A stretch of DNA of 63,179 nt, filler included, from a bacterium (GTDB lineage Bacteria; JBDRGX01), in NCBI GenBank assembly GCA_043817485.1. It is 10 parts of 10 records of this genome, joined end to end, with 100 filler letters (N's around TTAATTAATTAA, not from the genome) between each part and the next. Parts side by side here need not be neighbours in the genome. Positions count along the whole stretch, not along the records: positions 1 to 3,603 come from JBDRGX010000070.1; positions 3,704 to 8,192 come from JBDRGX010000071.1; positions 8,293 to 20,194 come from JBDRGX010000072.1; 7 more parts are not named here. The stretch is one strand, 5' to 3'. Below the pieces are notes generated by a model, which made no database searches, was not told where the DNA came from, and saw nothing but the letters and a program-made list of their open reading frames with translations. Positions 1-9,418 of this stretch are shown here, one piece after another. Each line of letters opens with the position of its first letter. Positions within the stretch are counted from its first letter, which is position 1. The translations under genes and the position numbers were made by a program.

Positions 1-872
1 TGCATATCTGCACTATAAATTAAAATTTCTGTATCTCCTAATTTATAAAAACATTCTTCATTTGGATCAACAAAATATTCCATTTCCATTTGTTCAAATT
101 CCCTAACTCTAAATAAAAAATCTCGTGGAGCAATTTCATTTCTAAAAGCTTTACCAATTTGTGCAATTCCAAAAGGAAGTTTCATTCTTGCATTTTCTTG
201 AACAAATTTAAAATTAGTAAAAATTAATTGTGCTGTCTCAGGTCTTAAATATCCAATTCCATCTAAACCAACTTCTGTTTTAAACATTAATTTAAATTCT
301 TTAGCAGTAGATTCATCAAAATCCCCTCCACAAGCAGGACATTTTACTTTTCCTAATTCATTTTTATCTACCTTACCTGGTTTTTTACATTTTTTACAAA
401 CAACAAAAATATCACTAAAATTATCTATATGCCCTGATGCTTGCCAAACTTTAGGATTAGTAATTATACTTCCATCAATACCTACAACATCTTCTCTTTG
501 TTTAACATGAAAATCCCACCAAGATTGTTTCAAATTATTATTCAATTCAACACCAAGATGTCCAAAGTCCCAAAAACCAGCAGCACCCCCATAAATTTCT
601 GCACTTGGATAAACAAAACCTTTTCTTTTACAAAATTTCGCAAGCTCTTCAATTGTAATTTCTTTTTGAACGAGTTCACTCTTTTTTTCGATCATAGGTT
701 TTTTATTTATTTCTAAGTTTTTAATTATTTCTTTTGCTTTTTCTTCTGCTTCTTTTTTATCTTTTCCAAGATAAGAAATATTTTTACTAATTATTTTTTT
801 TCCTTCTCTCACACTTTTTCTAAGATAATAATAATCATTTCCCTTAACTTTTTGTTTAACAATATAAGCCAT
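1..872 (-). CDS. glyS: Glycine--tRNA ligase, alpha2 (archaeal/eukaryotic) type, 3'-truncated at window edge, with 59-aa N-terminal extension
   Basis: Own translation: ATG at 872 stays open to the window edge. Motifs GFVYPSAEIYGG, FWDFGHLG, YLRPETAQ, FGIAQIGKAFRNEI and FRVREFEQMEME. Missing from the ORF track because it has no stop. Confidence 0.93.
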   Translation of the reverse strand, partial: MAYIVKQKVKGNDYYYLRKSVREGKKIISKNISYLGKDKKEAEEKAKEIIKNLEINKKPMIEKKSELVQKEITIEELAKFCKRKGFVYPSAEIYGGAAGFWDFGHLGVELNNNLKQSWWDFHVKQREDVVGIDGSIITNPKVWQASGHIDNFSDIFVVCKKCKKPGKVDKNELGKVKCPACGGDFDESTAKEFKLMFKTEVGLDGIGYLRPETAQLIFTNFKFVQENARMKLPFGIAQIGKAFRNEIAPRDFLFRVREFEQMEMEYFVDPNEECFYKLGDTEILIYSADM

Positions 873-893
873 ATTAGTTACTAACTACAATTC

Positions 894-901
894 TTTATAA
901 A
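894..901 (-). promoter_or_regulatory. Archaeal TATA box (TTTATAAA) upstream of glyS
   Basis: TTTATAAA about 22 nt upstream of the ATG at 872, with no SD, consistent with a leaderless archaeal transcript. Confidence 0.5.
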
Positions 902-913
902 TTTTATTAAGAA

Positions 914-1474
914 CTACTCTAAAACTTTTTCCAATAATTCTGGAAATTCTTTAGTTCCCATATCTCCTAAAGTAAAATGCCCATGATTTTTTAATTCAAT
1001 AATTTCTCCACATAAAGCATCATGAAAAATCTTAACACTTTTTTTACCATCTTCTTCTTCATCATCTGAAGTAAAGATAATAACTTTCTTAATATTATTT
1101 TTTATATTTTCATTAATTTCAAAATTATAAAATTTCTTTTTTACTTCTAATAATTTAGGCTCTTCTTTATCAGGAATTTTCCAAGGGGCAACCAAAATTA
1201 ATTTTTTAATTTTCTTTCTTGTTTCTCCTAACCAACGAACTAAAAAAGCACAACCACAACTATGCCCGATTAAAATTGTTTCATTATCCACATTTAATTT
1301 ATCAAATGCTTTTTTCCATTTTTCATAATTTGGAATCCAATATTTAGGCATTAAAGAAGCAAAAACTTCAAAATTTTTATCTTCTAATTTTTTCTTTAAC
1401 CAATACATCCAATGATTTAAGGGATTATCTTTTTCATTACTTGCCCACCCATGAACAATAATTACTTTTTTCAT
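914..1474 (-). CDS. RBBP9/YdeN family alpha/beta hydrolase
   Basis: IVHGW, GHSCG nucleophile elbow, LVAP, SDD, HGHF. Confidence 0.9.
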   Translation of the reverse strand: MKKVIIVHGWASNEKDNPLNHWMYWLKKKLEDKNFEVFASLMPKYWIPNYEKWKKAFDKLNVDNETILIGHSCGCAFLVRWLGETRKKIKKLILVAPWKIPDKEEPKLLEVKKKFYNFEINENIKNNIKKVIIFTSDDEEEDGKKSVKIFHDALCGEIIELKNHGHFTLGDMGTKEFPELLEKVLE

Positions 1475-1487
1475 TTTAAATTTTCAA

Positions 1488-1560
1488 AGCGCGGGGTGGG
1501 ACTCGAACCCACGAAAATTCGCTCTGCAGGCGAACGCAGTAGCCGCTGTGCCACCCGCGC
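1488..1560 (-). tRNA. tRNA-Cys(GCA), no encoded CCA
   Basis: Reverse complement GCGCGGGTGGCACAGCGG...TTCGC CTGCAGA GCGAA...GTTCGAGTCCCACCCCGCGCT folds as a cloverleaf; U73 discriminator. Confidence 0.95.
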
Positions 1561-1584
1561 ATGAAAGTAAATCATGAAACAGAA

Positions 1585-1592
1585 TTTATAAA
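1585..1592. promoter_or_regulatory. Palindromic TATA box between divergent tRNA-Cys and EamA gene
   Basis: TTTATAAA 24 nt from the tRNA 5' end and 27 nt from the ATG at 1620. Confidence 0.5.
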
Positions 1593-1619
1593 GTTAATTT
1601 AATTCAAAAGAAAAAGAAA

Positions 1620-2495
1620 ATGGTACAATGGTATTTATTATCTCTAATTTCTGCCCTTTTTTCTGCAACAGCAGCAATAACACAAAAAAAAGTATTATTT
1701 AAAGAATCAGCAATAGGATTCACAACACTCCTAGCATTTTTTAACCTAATTATTGCAATTCCTTTTTTCTTTTTTGTGAACTATTCAACATTAACTTCTT
1801 TAGGATTAATTATATTATTAATTAAATCAATTCTTGGAGCAACATCTTTCTTATTTGTAATGCTTGCAATCAAAAATCTAGAATTAAGCAGAGCATTACC
1901 TTTGCTTGTATTAACTCCAGGGCTTGTTGCAATCTTTGCATTTATTTTTTTAAATGAATCATTAACAAGTCTAGAAATTTTTGGAATTGTTCTCCTTGCA
2001 ATTGGAACTTATATATTATCTCTTAAACAAAAACAAAAAATCTCTTCTTCATTTAAAGAAATAATTAATTCAAAAGGAATTTATTATACGATTATTGCCT
2101 TATTAATTTTTACAGCAACTTCTGTTTTAGATAAAGCACTATTAAGTAATTTCAAGGTTCCTGTAAATGCGTTTATGGGTTTTCAGCATTTATTTTTTGC
2201 AATTGTCTTTATTTCAATAATTTTATTTTCTAAAAAAACAAATGAATTAAAATCAACAATAAAAAATTCCTACAAATGGATTATATTAATTGCATTTATT
2301 ACAATGACTTATAGATATACTCATCTTCTTGCAGTTAAACAAGCTCCAGTTGCATTAGCATTATCAATAAAAAGAATATCTGTATTTTTTGCTGTTTTAA
2401 TTGGTGGAAAATTATTCAAAGAACATAATCTAGTTAGAAAAATAATTGCAACAGCAATAATGATTGCTGGAACCTTAATGGTAATTAGTTACTAA
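1620..2495 (+). CDS. EamA/DMT family transporter
   Basis: About 10 TM segments in two repeats; FLNE and LFKE motifs. Confidence 0.9.
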   Translation: MVQWYLLSLISALFSATAAITQKKVLFKESAIGFTTLLAFFNLIIAIPFFFFVNYSTLTSLGLIILLIKSILGATSFLFVMLAIKNLELSRALPLLVLTPGLVAIFAFIFLNESLTSLEIFGIVLLAIGTYILSLKQKQKISSSFKEIINSKGIYYTIIALLIFTATSVLDKALLSNFKVPVNAFMGFQHLFFAIVFISIILFSKKTNELKSTIKNSYKWIILIAFITMTYRYTHLLAVKQAPVALALSIKRISVFFAVLIGGKLFKEHNLVRKIIATAIMIAGTLMVISY

Positions 2496-3312
2496 ATTTA
2501 ATTCCTTTAGCTTTTTTAATTAAACCTTTTCTTGGTTCTGGAATATCTTCTTGTTTAGATTTTTCCAAATATTTTATAACTTTCTTTTTTCTTTGATCAA
2601 TTGTTAAATTAGAACTAACACAAGGACCTCCAATACAACTTCCAATACAAAAAGTAGTGTCTAAAAAACGAATTTTCTTATTAGGTTTTTTTAAAAATTT
2701 AATAACTTTTTTAATTCCGTCAGCAATTAAAACTTCTTCTGGTTTAATTATTCCCTCAAAATGTGCTGTCCTTGTAAGTCCTCCTGAAGTTGGATAAATC
2801 TTTGTATAATCATTATAAAACTTATCAAAATAAATCTTTTTATTATTTTTCTTGATTTTATATTTTAAAAATAATTCTTTAAGTTCTTTATAATCAATAA
2901 CATAATCAACATATTTTGAATTTACTGCTTCTATTTTTTTAAAATAGCAAGGAGAAATAAAAACTATTTTATGTTTTGGAAAAGTTTTTCTGCAAATTTT
3001 TCCCATTGCAATCATTGGACTATCAACAGGAATAAGATTTTTAACATATTTTGGAAATTTTTGTTTTATTGTTTCTGTAATTCCTGGACAAACTGTTGCT
3101 ATCCATAATTTTTTAGAATTTTTTAGAATTTTTTGATAATCTCTATTAATCATTTTTGCACCAAAAGTAACTTCTACAACTTTGTCAAATCCTAATTTTT
3201 TAAATTGCCAAATAATAGAAGGATAATCAAAATCCACAACAAAGCTTGGAGCAAGCATTACAACATATTTTCCTTTAAGAGGAAATTTTAAACAAATCAC
3301 ATCTTTTTTCAT
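2485..3312 (-). CDS. Minimal [FeFe]-hydrogenase-like protein (H-cluster domain only)
   Basis: LAPSF, GFDKVVEVTFGA, ATVCPG (P1), SPM, SPCYFKKIE (P2), FCIGSCIGGP (P3); no ferredoxin domain. Confidence 0.85.
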   Translation of the reverse strand: MKKDVICLKFPLKGKYVVMLAPSFVVDFDYPSIIWQFKKLGFDKVVEVTFGAKMINRDYQKILKNSKKLWIATVCPGITETIKQKFPKYVKNLIPVDSPMIAMGKICRKTFPKHKIVFISPCYFKKIEAVNSKYVDYVIDYKELKELFLKYKIKKNNKKIYFDKFYNDYTKIYPTSGGLTRTAHFEGIIKPEEVLIADGIKKVIKFLKKPNKKIRFLDTTFCIGSCIGGPCVSSNLTIDQRKKKVIKYLEKSKQEDIPEPRKGLIKKAKGIKFSN

Positions 3313-3321
3313 TTTCCAATA

Positions 3322-3396
3322 CGCCCTAGACAGGATTTGAACCTGCGACCTACTGCTTAGAAGGCAGTCGCTCTATCCAGGCTGAGCTACCAGGGC
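3322..3396 (-). tRNA. tRNA-Arg(TCT), no encoded CCA
   Basis: GCCCTGGTAGCTCAGCCTGGATAGAGCG ACTGC CTTCTAA GCAGT AGGTCGCAGGTTCAAATCCTGTCTAGGGCG; archaeal-style D-loop. Confidence 0.95.
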
Positions 3397-3450
3397 ACAT
3401 AATATTACTTATTTAACAAGCTTTAAAAGTTTTGCACTCTAACTAATAAA

Positions 3451-3603
3451 ATGGTTTATAAAAAAACAATTAATATTTTAATACCAGGATTTAGTGATAG
3501 TTCAGGGCATTACAAAAAACTAATAAATATTTCTAAAAAAAACAATGTTAAAATAAAAGTATTAGATTTATCTAAAATAAAAAGAGTTGAAAAATCCTAT
3601 ATG
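3451..3603 (+). CDS. Partial protein, possibly alpha/beta hydrolase N-terminus (truncated by contig end)
   Basis: ILIPGFS resembles an oxyanion-hole motif; runs into the linker. Confidence 0.4.
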
Positions 3604-3703
3604 NNNNNNNNNNNNNNNNNNNNNNNNNNNNNNNNNNNNNNNNNNNNTTAATTAATTAANNNNNNNNNNNNNNNNNNNNNNNNNNNNNNNNNNNNNNNNN
3701 NNN
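3604..3703. other. Artificial contig linker (N44-TTAATTAATTAA-N44); same linker at 8193, 20195, 22537, 29140, 49160, 51983, 55318 and 61046
   Basis: Identical 100-nt spacer carrying stop codons in all six frames. Confidence 0.98.
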
Positions 3704-4258
3704 TTACTGCTTAAAAAACTTGAAGGAGCAGAGATTTTAGCAGAAGAGGAAATCAAAAAACAAGCTTTGTTTGATGTTAAAGTATCTATAGTGAATTTAT
3801 TTGAAGTAGTTAGATCAGGAAGAGATGTTATTGCAGAAATAGAAGTCTTTAATGTTAATAATATTGGACAGGTAGATGTTGGTATTGATTATTATATAAC
3901 TGATAAAGAGGATAATCAGACAAGATTGGTTGAAGGTTCTGACACTTTGGCTGTAGAAGCAGTAACATCTTTTGTTAGAAGTTTAAGTATGCCTTACGAT
4001 TCAAAAGCTGGAAAATATTTATTTAATGTTGATATTAAATACCAAGATAAAATTATGGCTTCAAGCAGTGCTGAATTTAGGGTTATTAGAAATTATGAGA
4101 TAATTATTGCTGTTAGCATAGTTGTTTTAATTATTGCTGGAATATTTATTTATCTAAGGAGGATAAAGAAAAAAGAAGAAAAAATAGAAAAAAAAGAAGC
4201 AAGATTAGAAAGCATAATTAAAAAACTAAAAATAAGAAGAAAAAAATGGCAGAGATAA
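3704..4258 (+). CDS. Surface protein C-terminus (Ig/CARDB-like domain, TM anchor, Lys-rich tail), 5'-truncated
   Basis: Frame open from the contig edge; beta-rich domain with GKY motif, then a TM helix and basic tail. Confidence 0.65.
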   Translation, partial: LLLKKLEGAEILAEEEIKKQALFDVKVSIVNLFEVVRSGRDVIAEIEVFNVNNIGQVDVGIDYYITDKEDNQTRLVEGSDTLAVEAVTSFVRSLSMPYDSKAGKYLFNVDIKYQDKIMASSSAEFRVIRNYEIIIAVSIVVLIIAGIFIYLRRIKKKEEKIEKKEARLESIIKKLKIRRKKWQR

Positions 4259-4389
4259 AAATAGATGAGGAATTACTTAAGAGAATAAAAGAATTAATAA
4301 AAAAAGGAGAAAATAGATTTGATTTTCCTACTGTTAAATCTTTTGCAGATAAGGCAATTCTTAAATTGTTAAAATCATTAGAAAAATAA
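4246..4389 (+). CDS. Small 47-aa protein, ribbon-helix-helix-like
   Basis: Own translation MAEIKIDEELLKRIKELIKKGENRFDFPTVKSFADKAILKLLKSLEK; below the ORF-track length cutoff. Confidence 0.6.
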   Translation: MAEIKIDEELLKRIKELIKKGENRFDFPTVKSFADKAILKLLKSLEK

Positions 4390-4436
4390 ACAGAAAATAC
4401 ATAACCTTTAAAAATTGAGTTTATTTCTTAAATAAA

Positions 4437-4901
4437 ATGTATCCTTCACAACATTTTTTTCTAGGACTAATTTTTTCATTTACTTTATTTCTAATCTTTC
4501 CAGAAATAAGTGTAATTGGATTTATCTTAGTTCTTGCTTCTAGTGTTTTAGTTGATTTTGATCATTATGCTTACTATGTTTATAGAAAAAAAGATTTTAA
4601 TCTAAAAAGAGCTTATATTTTTGGAGTTAAAGCCGCAAAAAAATTCCTCTCTTTACCAAAAAATAAGCAAAGAAAATTTCACACAGGATTTAATTTTTTT
4701 CATGGCATAGAAATAATATTAATTCTTTTAGTTTTAGGAATTTTTGTTCATAAATATTTTCTCTTTATCTCAACAGGAATAACCTTTCATTTTTTCTTAG
4801 ACATAATTTTTGAAAAGAAAGTTGGAGGAAAAATAAAACCCCTTTTTGTTACTCAAGCTTTTTTTAGAACAAGAAAACTTAAGTTCATAGAAAATATTTA
4901 A
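4437..4901 (+). CDS. Membrane-bound metal-dependent hydrolase-like protein (YdjM/DUF457-like)
   Basis: N-terminal His, DFDH, FHG and HFFLD motifs in TM helices. Confidence 0.6.
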   Translation: MYPSQHFFLGLIFSFTLFLIFPEISVIGFILVLASSVLVDFDHYAYYVYRKKDFNLKRAYIFGVKAAKKFLSLPKNKQRKFHTGFNFFHGIEIILILLVLGIFVHKYFLFISTGITFHFFLDIIFEKKVGGKIKPLFVTQAFFRTRKLKFIENI

Positions 4902-4948
4902 ATATTTCTAATAGGGAAGAAATAAAAAGTAAATTTTTTTTTAAATAT

Positions 4949-6499
4949 ATGGAAAAAATAGAAAAAAAATCACTTAAAGAAATAGTAGCAAAAAACGTTT
5001 TTCACAATTTTTCTCTTAATATTATTAGTAACATTTTTTCTTTTGCATTTGTAATATTTCTTGCTAGGATACTTCAACCAGAGCTTTATGGGATATATGG
5101 GCTTGTTCTTTCAATAGTATTACTTTTCTCGAGGTTTACTGATCTAGGAATCAATACAACAGTTATAAGATTTGTTTCTAAGAGCTTAAAAAATAAGAAA
5201 GAAGCTCGTGCATATACCCATTATTTATTCAAAATTAAAATGTATCTTGTTTTATCACTATCTCTTATAATGATTTTATTAGCAAAACCTCTTTCTGTTT
5301 TTGTATTTAAAAATCCTGCTTTAACTCTTCCCCTAATTATCTCTGTACTTTACCTATTTATATCTTCTATCACAGAATTTTCTGCATCTTTATTTTCTGC
5401 ATTTAATGAGTTCAAATATCATCCAAAAAAAGAATTAGTATTTCAAATATCTAGATTTATCACAATTTTCTTATTTATTTTTTTAATAGGAAAAACAGTC
5501 TTAAATATTTTTATTGCCCTATCAATTTCATATGCTCTAACTTTTGTTTTTGTTTTTATTATAGTTAGAAAAAAATATGCTTTTCTTTTTAAAGATTATA
5601 GTTTAAAATCAATATTTCCTAAATTACTAAATTATAAATATCCTGGTTTTACTATTTCTCAAAGCAAAAGGATAGAAATTTTAAGGTATATTGCTTATTT
5701 AGCTGTTACAGCAATGGGTACTGCTTTTTTTGTTTATATTTCCACAATTATGCTAGGGGCTTTTATTGATGCCAAATATATTGGATTTTATAGGTTAGCT
5801 TACGGAATGGTAGCAATGTTAATTGGATTTTGTTCAGTTGGTACTGTTTTATTTCCAGTTTTTTCTTTTTTAGAAAAAAAAAGATTAGGCAATGTTTTTA
5901 AAAAAACTTTTAAATATTCTATGGTTTTAACATTTCCAATAGCATTTATTGTGCCTGTAACATTCAAACCACTTATAATTCTTTTTTATGGTATAGAATA
6001 TGCTCCTTCAATAATTCCTTTGTATTTTCTTTCAACTTTAGTAATTACAGAAACAGCTTTCTTGTATCCTCGGATGTTATTTTATGCTAGAGGAAAGCCA
6101 GAATGGCCAGTTAAAATAATGATAGTATCTTCTATATTAAATATACTTTTAAATTATTTTTTAATAAAATATTTTTTAAACTTTTCACAAATGTTTGCTA
6201 CAGTTGGAGCAACAATGGCCATTGCTATTAGCAGTTTATTCTACTTTATTTTAATGGCAATAGCTACCAAAAAAGAACTTAATATAGGAATTGAAGCCAG
6301 CTCAATTCTCAAACCTCTTTTAGCAAGCTCTGTTATGGCACTTTTTTTATTATTTATTAATGAATTTATAATACTAAATTGGTTTATTGCAGGAGTTGAA
6401 ATTATTCTTGGAATTATTTTTTATTTTTTAGTGATGTTATTAATTAAGGGAGTAAATAAAGAAGAGTTTTTATTATTTAAATATATATTTAGAAAATAA
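4949..6499 (+). CDS. Oligosaccharide flippase (Wzx/MOP family)
   Basis: LARILQPELYG, DLGIN, many TM segments. Confidence 0.9.
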   Translation: MEKIEKKSLKEIVAKNVFHNFSLNIISNIFSFAFVIFLARILQPELYGIYGLVLSIVLLFSRFTDLGINTTVIRFVSKSLKNKKEARAYTHYLFKIKMYLVLSLSLIMILLAKPLSVFVFKNPALTLPLIISVLYLFISSITEFSASLFSAFNEFKYHPKKELVFQISRFITIFLFIFLIGKTVLNIFIALSISYALTFVFVFIIVRKKYAFLFKDYSLKSIFPKLLNYKYPGFTISQSKRIEILRYIAYLAVTAMGTAFFVYISTIMLGAFIDAKYIGFYRLAYGMVAMLIGFCSVGTVLFPVFSFLEKKRLGNVFKKTFKYSMVLTFPIAFIVPVTFKPLIILFYGIEYAPSIIPLYFLSTLVITETAFLYPRMLFYARGKPEWPVKIMIVSSILNILLNYFLIKYFLNFSQMFATVGATMAIAISSLFYFILMAIATKKELNIGIEASSILKPLLASSVMALFLLFINEFIILNWFIAGVEIILGIIFYFLVMLLIKGVNKEEFLLFKYIFRK

Positions 6500-6555
6500 A
6501 ATAATGGATATTTTATCCCAATAATGCTTTTAAATACTTTTTATATAAAATTAAA

Positions 6556-7026
6556 ATGGAGAAAAAAATGAATCTTGTTATTGATGTAGATGGTGTAATG
6601 ACTACTGGACAATTTTTATATTCTGCAAAAGGAAAAGAATACAAAATATTTGGGCCACATGATGCAGATGGTTTGAAATTAATTAAAGATAAAGTAAACA
6701 TATTTTTTATCTCTGCTGACAAAAGAGGTTTTTCCATATCAAAAAAAAGAATTGCAGATATGAAATTTAAAATAATTCACTCTTGGGAAGAAGACAGATA
6801 TGATTTTTTTAAAAAAACATTTGATTTTGGAAACTCTATTTATATTGGAGATGGGATTTTTGATGCCCCCATTATAAGAGACTGTTTATTTGGAATTGCT
6901 CCTGCAAATGCAAGAATTGAAGCTAAAAAATGGGCAGACTATATAACTCCTTCAAATTCAGCAGAAGGTGCTGTTTGTGATGCTTGCATTAAAATAAATA
7001 AGGTTTTTTTTAAAGGAAAAAAATGA
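6556..7026 (+). CDS. KdsC/YrbI-like HAD phosphatase
   Basis: DVDGVMT, YIGDGIFD, APANA, GAV. Confidence 0.85.
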   Translation: MEKKMNLVIDVDGVMTTGQFLYSAKGKEYKIFGPHDADGLKLIKDKVNIFFISADKRGFSISKKRIADMKFKIIHSWEEDRYDFFKKTFDFGNSIYIGDGIFDAPIIRDCLFGIAPANARIEAKKWADYITPSNSAEGAVCDACIKINKVFFKGKK

Positions 7027-7142
7027 AAATAAAATTACAAAAATTAAAAATATATTCACTTATTTTATTTCGACAAAAATTATTTAAATAAATTAAAAGA
7101 TTTTAAAAATTATTCAAATGACCCTTCTTATATGGAAGAACA

Positions 7143-8192
7143 CTAATAATTTTCAAATTCTTTTCTTAACTCTATTAATTCTTCTTTAGTTGGATGTGGT
7201 GGAGAAGGAAGGTTTAAAACTGGTTCTGCAAAGAAAGAAGCATCTTGCCTTAAATCCTCATAATTTTCTTTAATATATCCTTTTTCAACACAAAGTTTTC
7301 TTATTTGAGTTCCTGGAAAAGGATGTAAAAATCTAACAGAAAATCTATGTGGTTTAATTCTCCGATGCAAGTCAATTGTTTGTTGAATCATTTCTTTTGT
7401 TTCAGTAGGAAAACCAATTATATAATAAGCAGCAACCATAATTCCTGCATCTTTTAATATTTCAACTGCTTGTTCAACGACTCCATCTTTAATATGTCTA
7501 TTTAAAATAGTTCTTCGTAATTCTTCATTTCCACTTTCAACCCCAAGACCAACCATTTTACATCCCATTTCTGCCATTATTTTAGCTTTTTCTGGATGCA
7601 CAATAAAGCACTCAGGTCTGCTTTGTGTAAAAAAACTACAACCTATATATTCTTTATATAATATTGCAAATTTCTTTAAAGTTTCTAAAGGCAAAGCAGC
7701 CATATTTTCATCTATACACTGAACATGATTAAAACCATATTTATCTTTATATTTTTTCATTCTTTTTATTATTTCTTCTGGAGAAAAAAACCTGTAGGTT
7801 CCAGGACTCATTCCCCCATCCAACTCTATTTTATGTAGTTTTGAATTAATACAATAACTGCAATTAAAAGGACATCCTCTACTTATTTCAAACCAACCAT
7901 AATTTTTTAATTCTCCTTCAAAAGGCCTTATTCTATGCTTTTCATCTATTAAATCCCAATCAGATTCAGGAATTTCATCCATGTTTTCAATTTGCAGACC
8001 AATTTTATTTTTTATTATTTTTCCATCAGAGGTTTTAATCCACAGACTAGGAATATTTGTAATATCCCTTCCTTGTTCCATTCTTTGAATTAGTTCAAGT
8101 AAGGGTTTTTCTCCTTGGCCAATACAAATAATATCAACACCTTCTTTTTGAATTGCTTTTTCAGGAACTACAGTAGCATGAGATCCCCCAAC
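7143..8192 (-). CDS. B12-binding domain radical SAM protein, 5'-truncated
   Basis: Frame open to the contig edge (VGGSHATVVPE...CIGQGE); SRGCPFNCSYC; GVESG. Confidence 0.9.
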   Translation of the reverse strand, partial: VGGSHATVVPEKAIQKEGVDIICIGQGEKPLLELIQRMEQGRDITNIPSLWIKTSDGKIIKNKIGLQIENMDEIPESDWDLIDEKHRIRPFEGELKNYGWFEISRGCPFNCSYCINSKLHKIELDGGMSPGTYRFFSPEEIIKRMKKYKDKYGFNHVQCIDENMAALPLETLKKFAILYKEYIGCSFFTQSRPECFIVHPEKAKIMAEMGCKMVGLGVESGNEELRRTILNRHIKDGVVEQAVEILKDAGIMVAAYYIIGFPTETKEMIQQTIDLHRRIKPHRFSVRFLHPFPGTQIRKLCVEKGYIKENYEDLRQDASFFAEPVLNLPSPPHPTKEELIELRKEFENY

Positions 8193-8292
8193 NNNNNNNN
8201 NNNNNNNNNNNNNNNNNNNNNNNNNNNNNNNNNNNNTTAATTAATTAANNNNNNNNNNNNNNNNNNNNNNNNNNNNNNNNNNNNNNNNNNNN

Positions 8293-9395
8293 TCTTTTGG
8301 CTTTGTTTTTTTCAAAACCTCACCTAAAGTTTCCTTGACAATAAATTCAACAATGTATTTTGGTGTGTAATAAATTCCTTGCGATTTACGCTTTGATTTT
8401 TCTTTATCATCTTCTTTGCGTCTCTGAACATAACTCAAATACTGCTCATAAATTCCACCTAAAACATCAGCAGAAATTACAGAAAAATCATATCGATAGC
8501 CATCATTCGTTTGATAAAGCCCATTGATTATTTCAACAATAGGTTTATCATCTACTTCCCATTTTTCACAATAATGAATTGCAAAAAGTTTTGAATTAAA
8601 TCCATCATCAAAATCACGAAAAACTTTTGATAATTGCTTATATAAATTGGCTTTTCCACCTCGTAAAATACCAAGTAAAACATTTGGTTCAATTTTTCTG
8701 TCTTCAGCAGTACGAATAAAAATAAGACGGTCTAAAATTCTTTGAACCCCTTCATCTAATTCTTCATCTTTCAAATCGTTTTTATTTTTAAATTCACAAG
8801 TTAAAGCAGTTCGCCATACCATTAAATCTTCAAAAAGTTTTTCGCTAACTTGTTTTCTTTGGGTAAGTTTGCCCCATTTTTGGGCTTCTTTATCCAATAA
8901 TTTCTGTTCAAAACTTTCTTTTGATAAAAGCCAGAGTTGATCAAATCGGTTTATAAAATCACAACAATTTAGTTCAATAAAAAGATTTTGAGAAATACTT
9001 TTTGGTGGGATTTCAGCATTAAAAATTTTAATACTTTCAAAATCAGTCAAAATTGCCCAAGTAACACTCTTGTTCCAACTATAATTTATTGCTTGTTCTG
9101 CCCATTTCCATTCATCTAAATCAACCTTCATTGCTTTTGCTTCTAAAAACATTACGGGAATATTGTTGAAGCGGAAAGCCAAATCAACCCTGCCACCAGA
9201 AACATTTTCTTCTGTGGTAACTTCATTGTCTATCGTGAGATTTCTCATATCCCAACCAAGAGATTCAAAAAGTGGCTCAATAAATTCATTGCGAGTTTGT
9301 GCCTCGTTATAGGATTTTATCTTACCTGCTTCTGCTACTCTTTGATATTTCTCAACGAGTTTTTGGATTTGTTGTTTTGCTTCTTGTTTGTTCAT
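8293..9395 (-). CDS. Type IIG/HsdR_N restriction endonuclease fused to N6-adenine methylase, 3'-truncated
   Basis: NEAQTR, D...EAK nuclease motif, LGGIYEQYL, GIYYTPKYIV. Confidence 0.88.
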
Positions 9396-9418
9396 ATGAT
9401 TATTTCCATAAATTATTT

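Noticed and set aside
441-716. Short antisense ORFs (441, 6513, 14365, 15747, 16343, 18330, 25260, 30213, 37774 and others)
   Set aside because: Shadow frames opposite well-supported genes, with no motifs
3604-3703. TTAATTAATTAA repeated nine times within N-runs
   Set aside because: Artificial six-frame-stop linker; ORF-track ends containing X are artefacts
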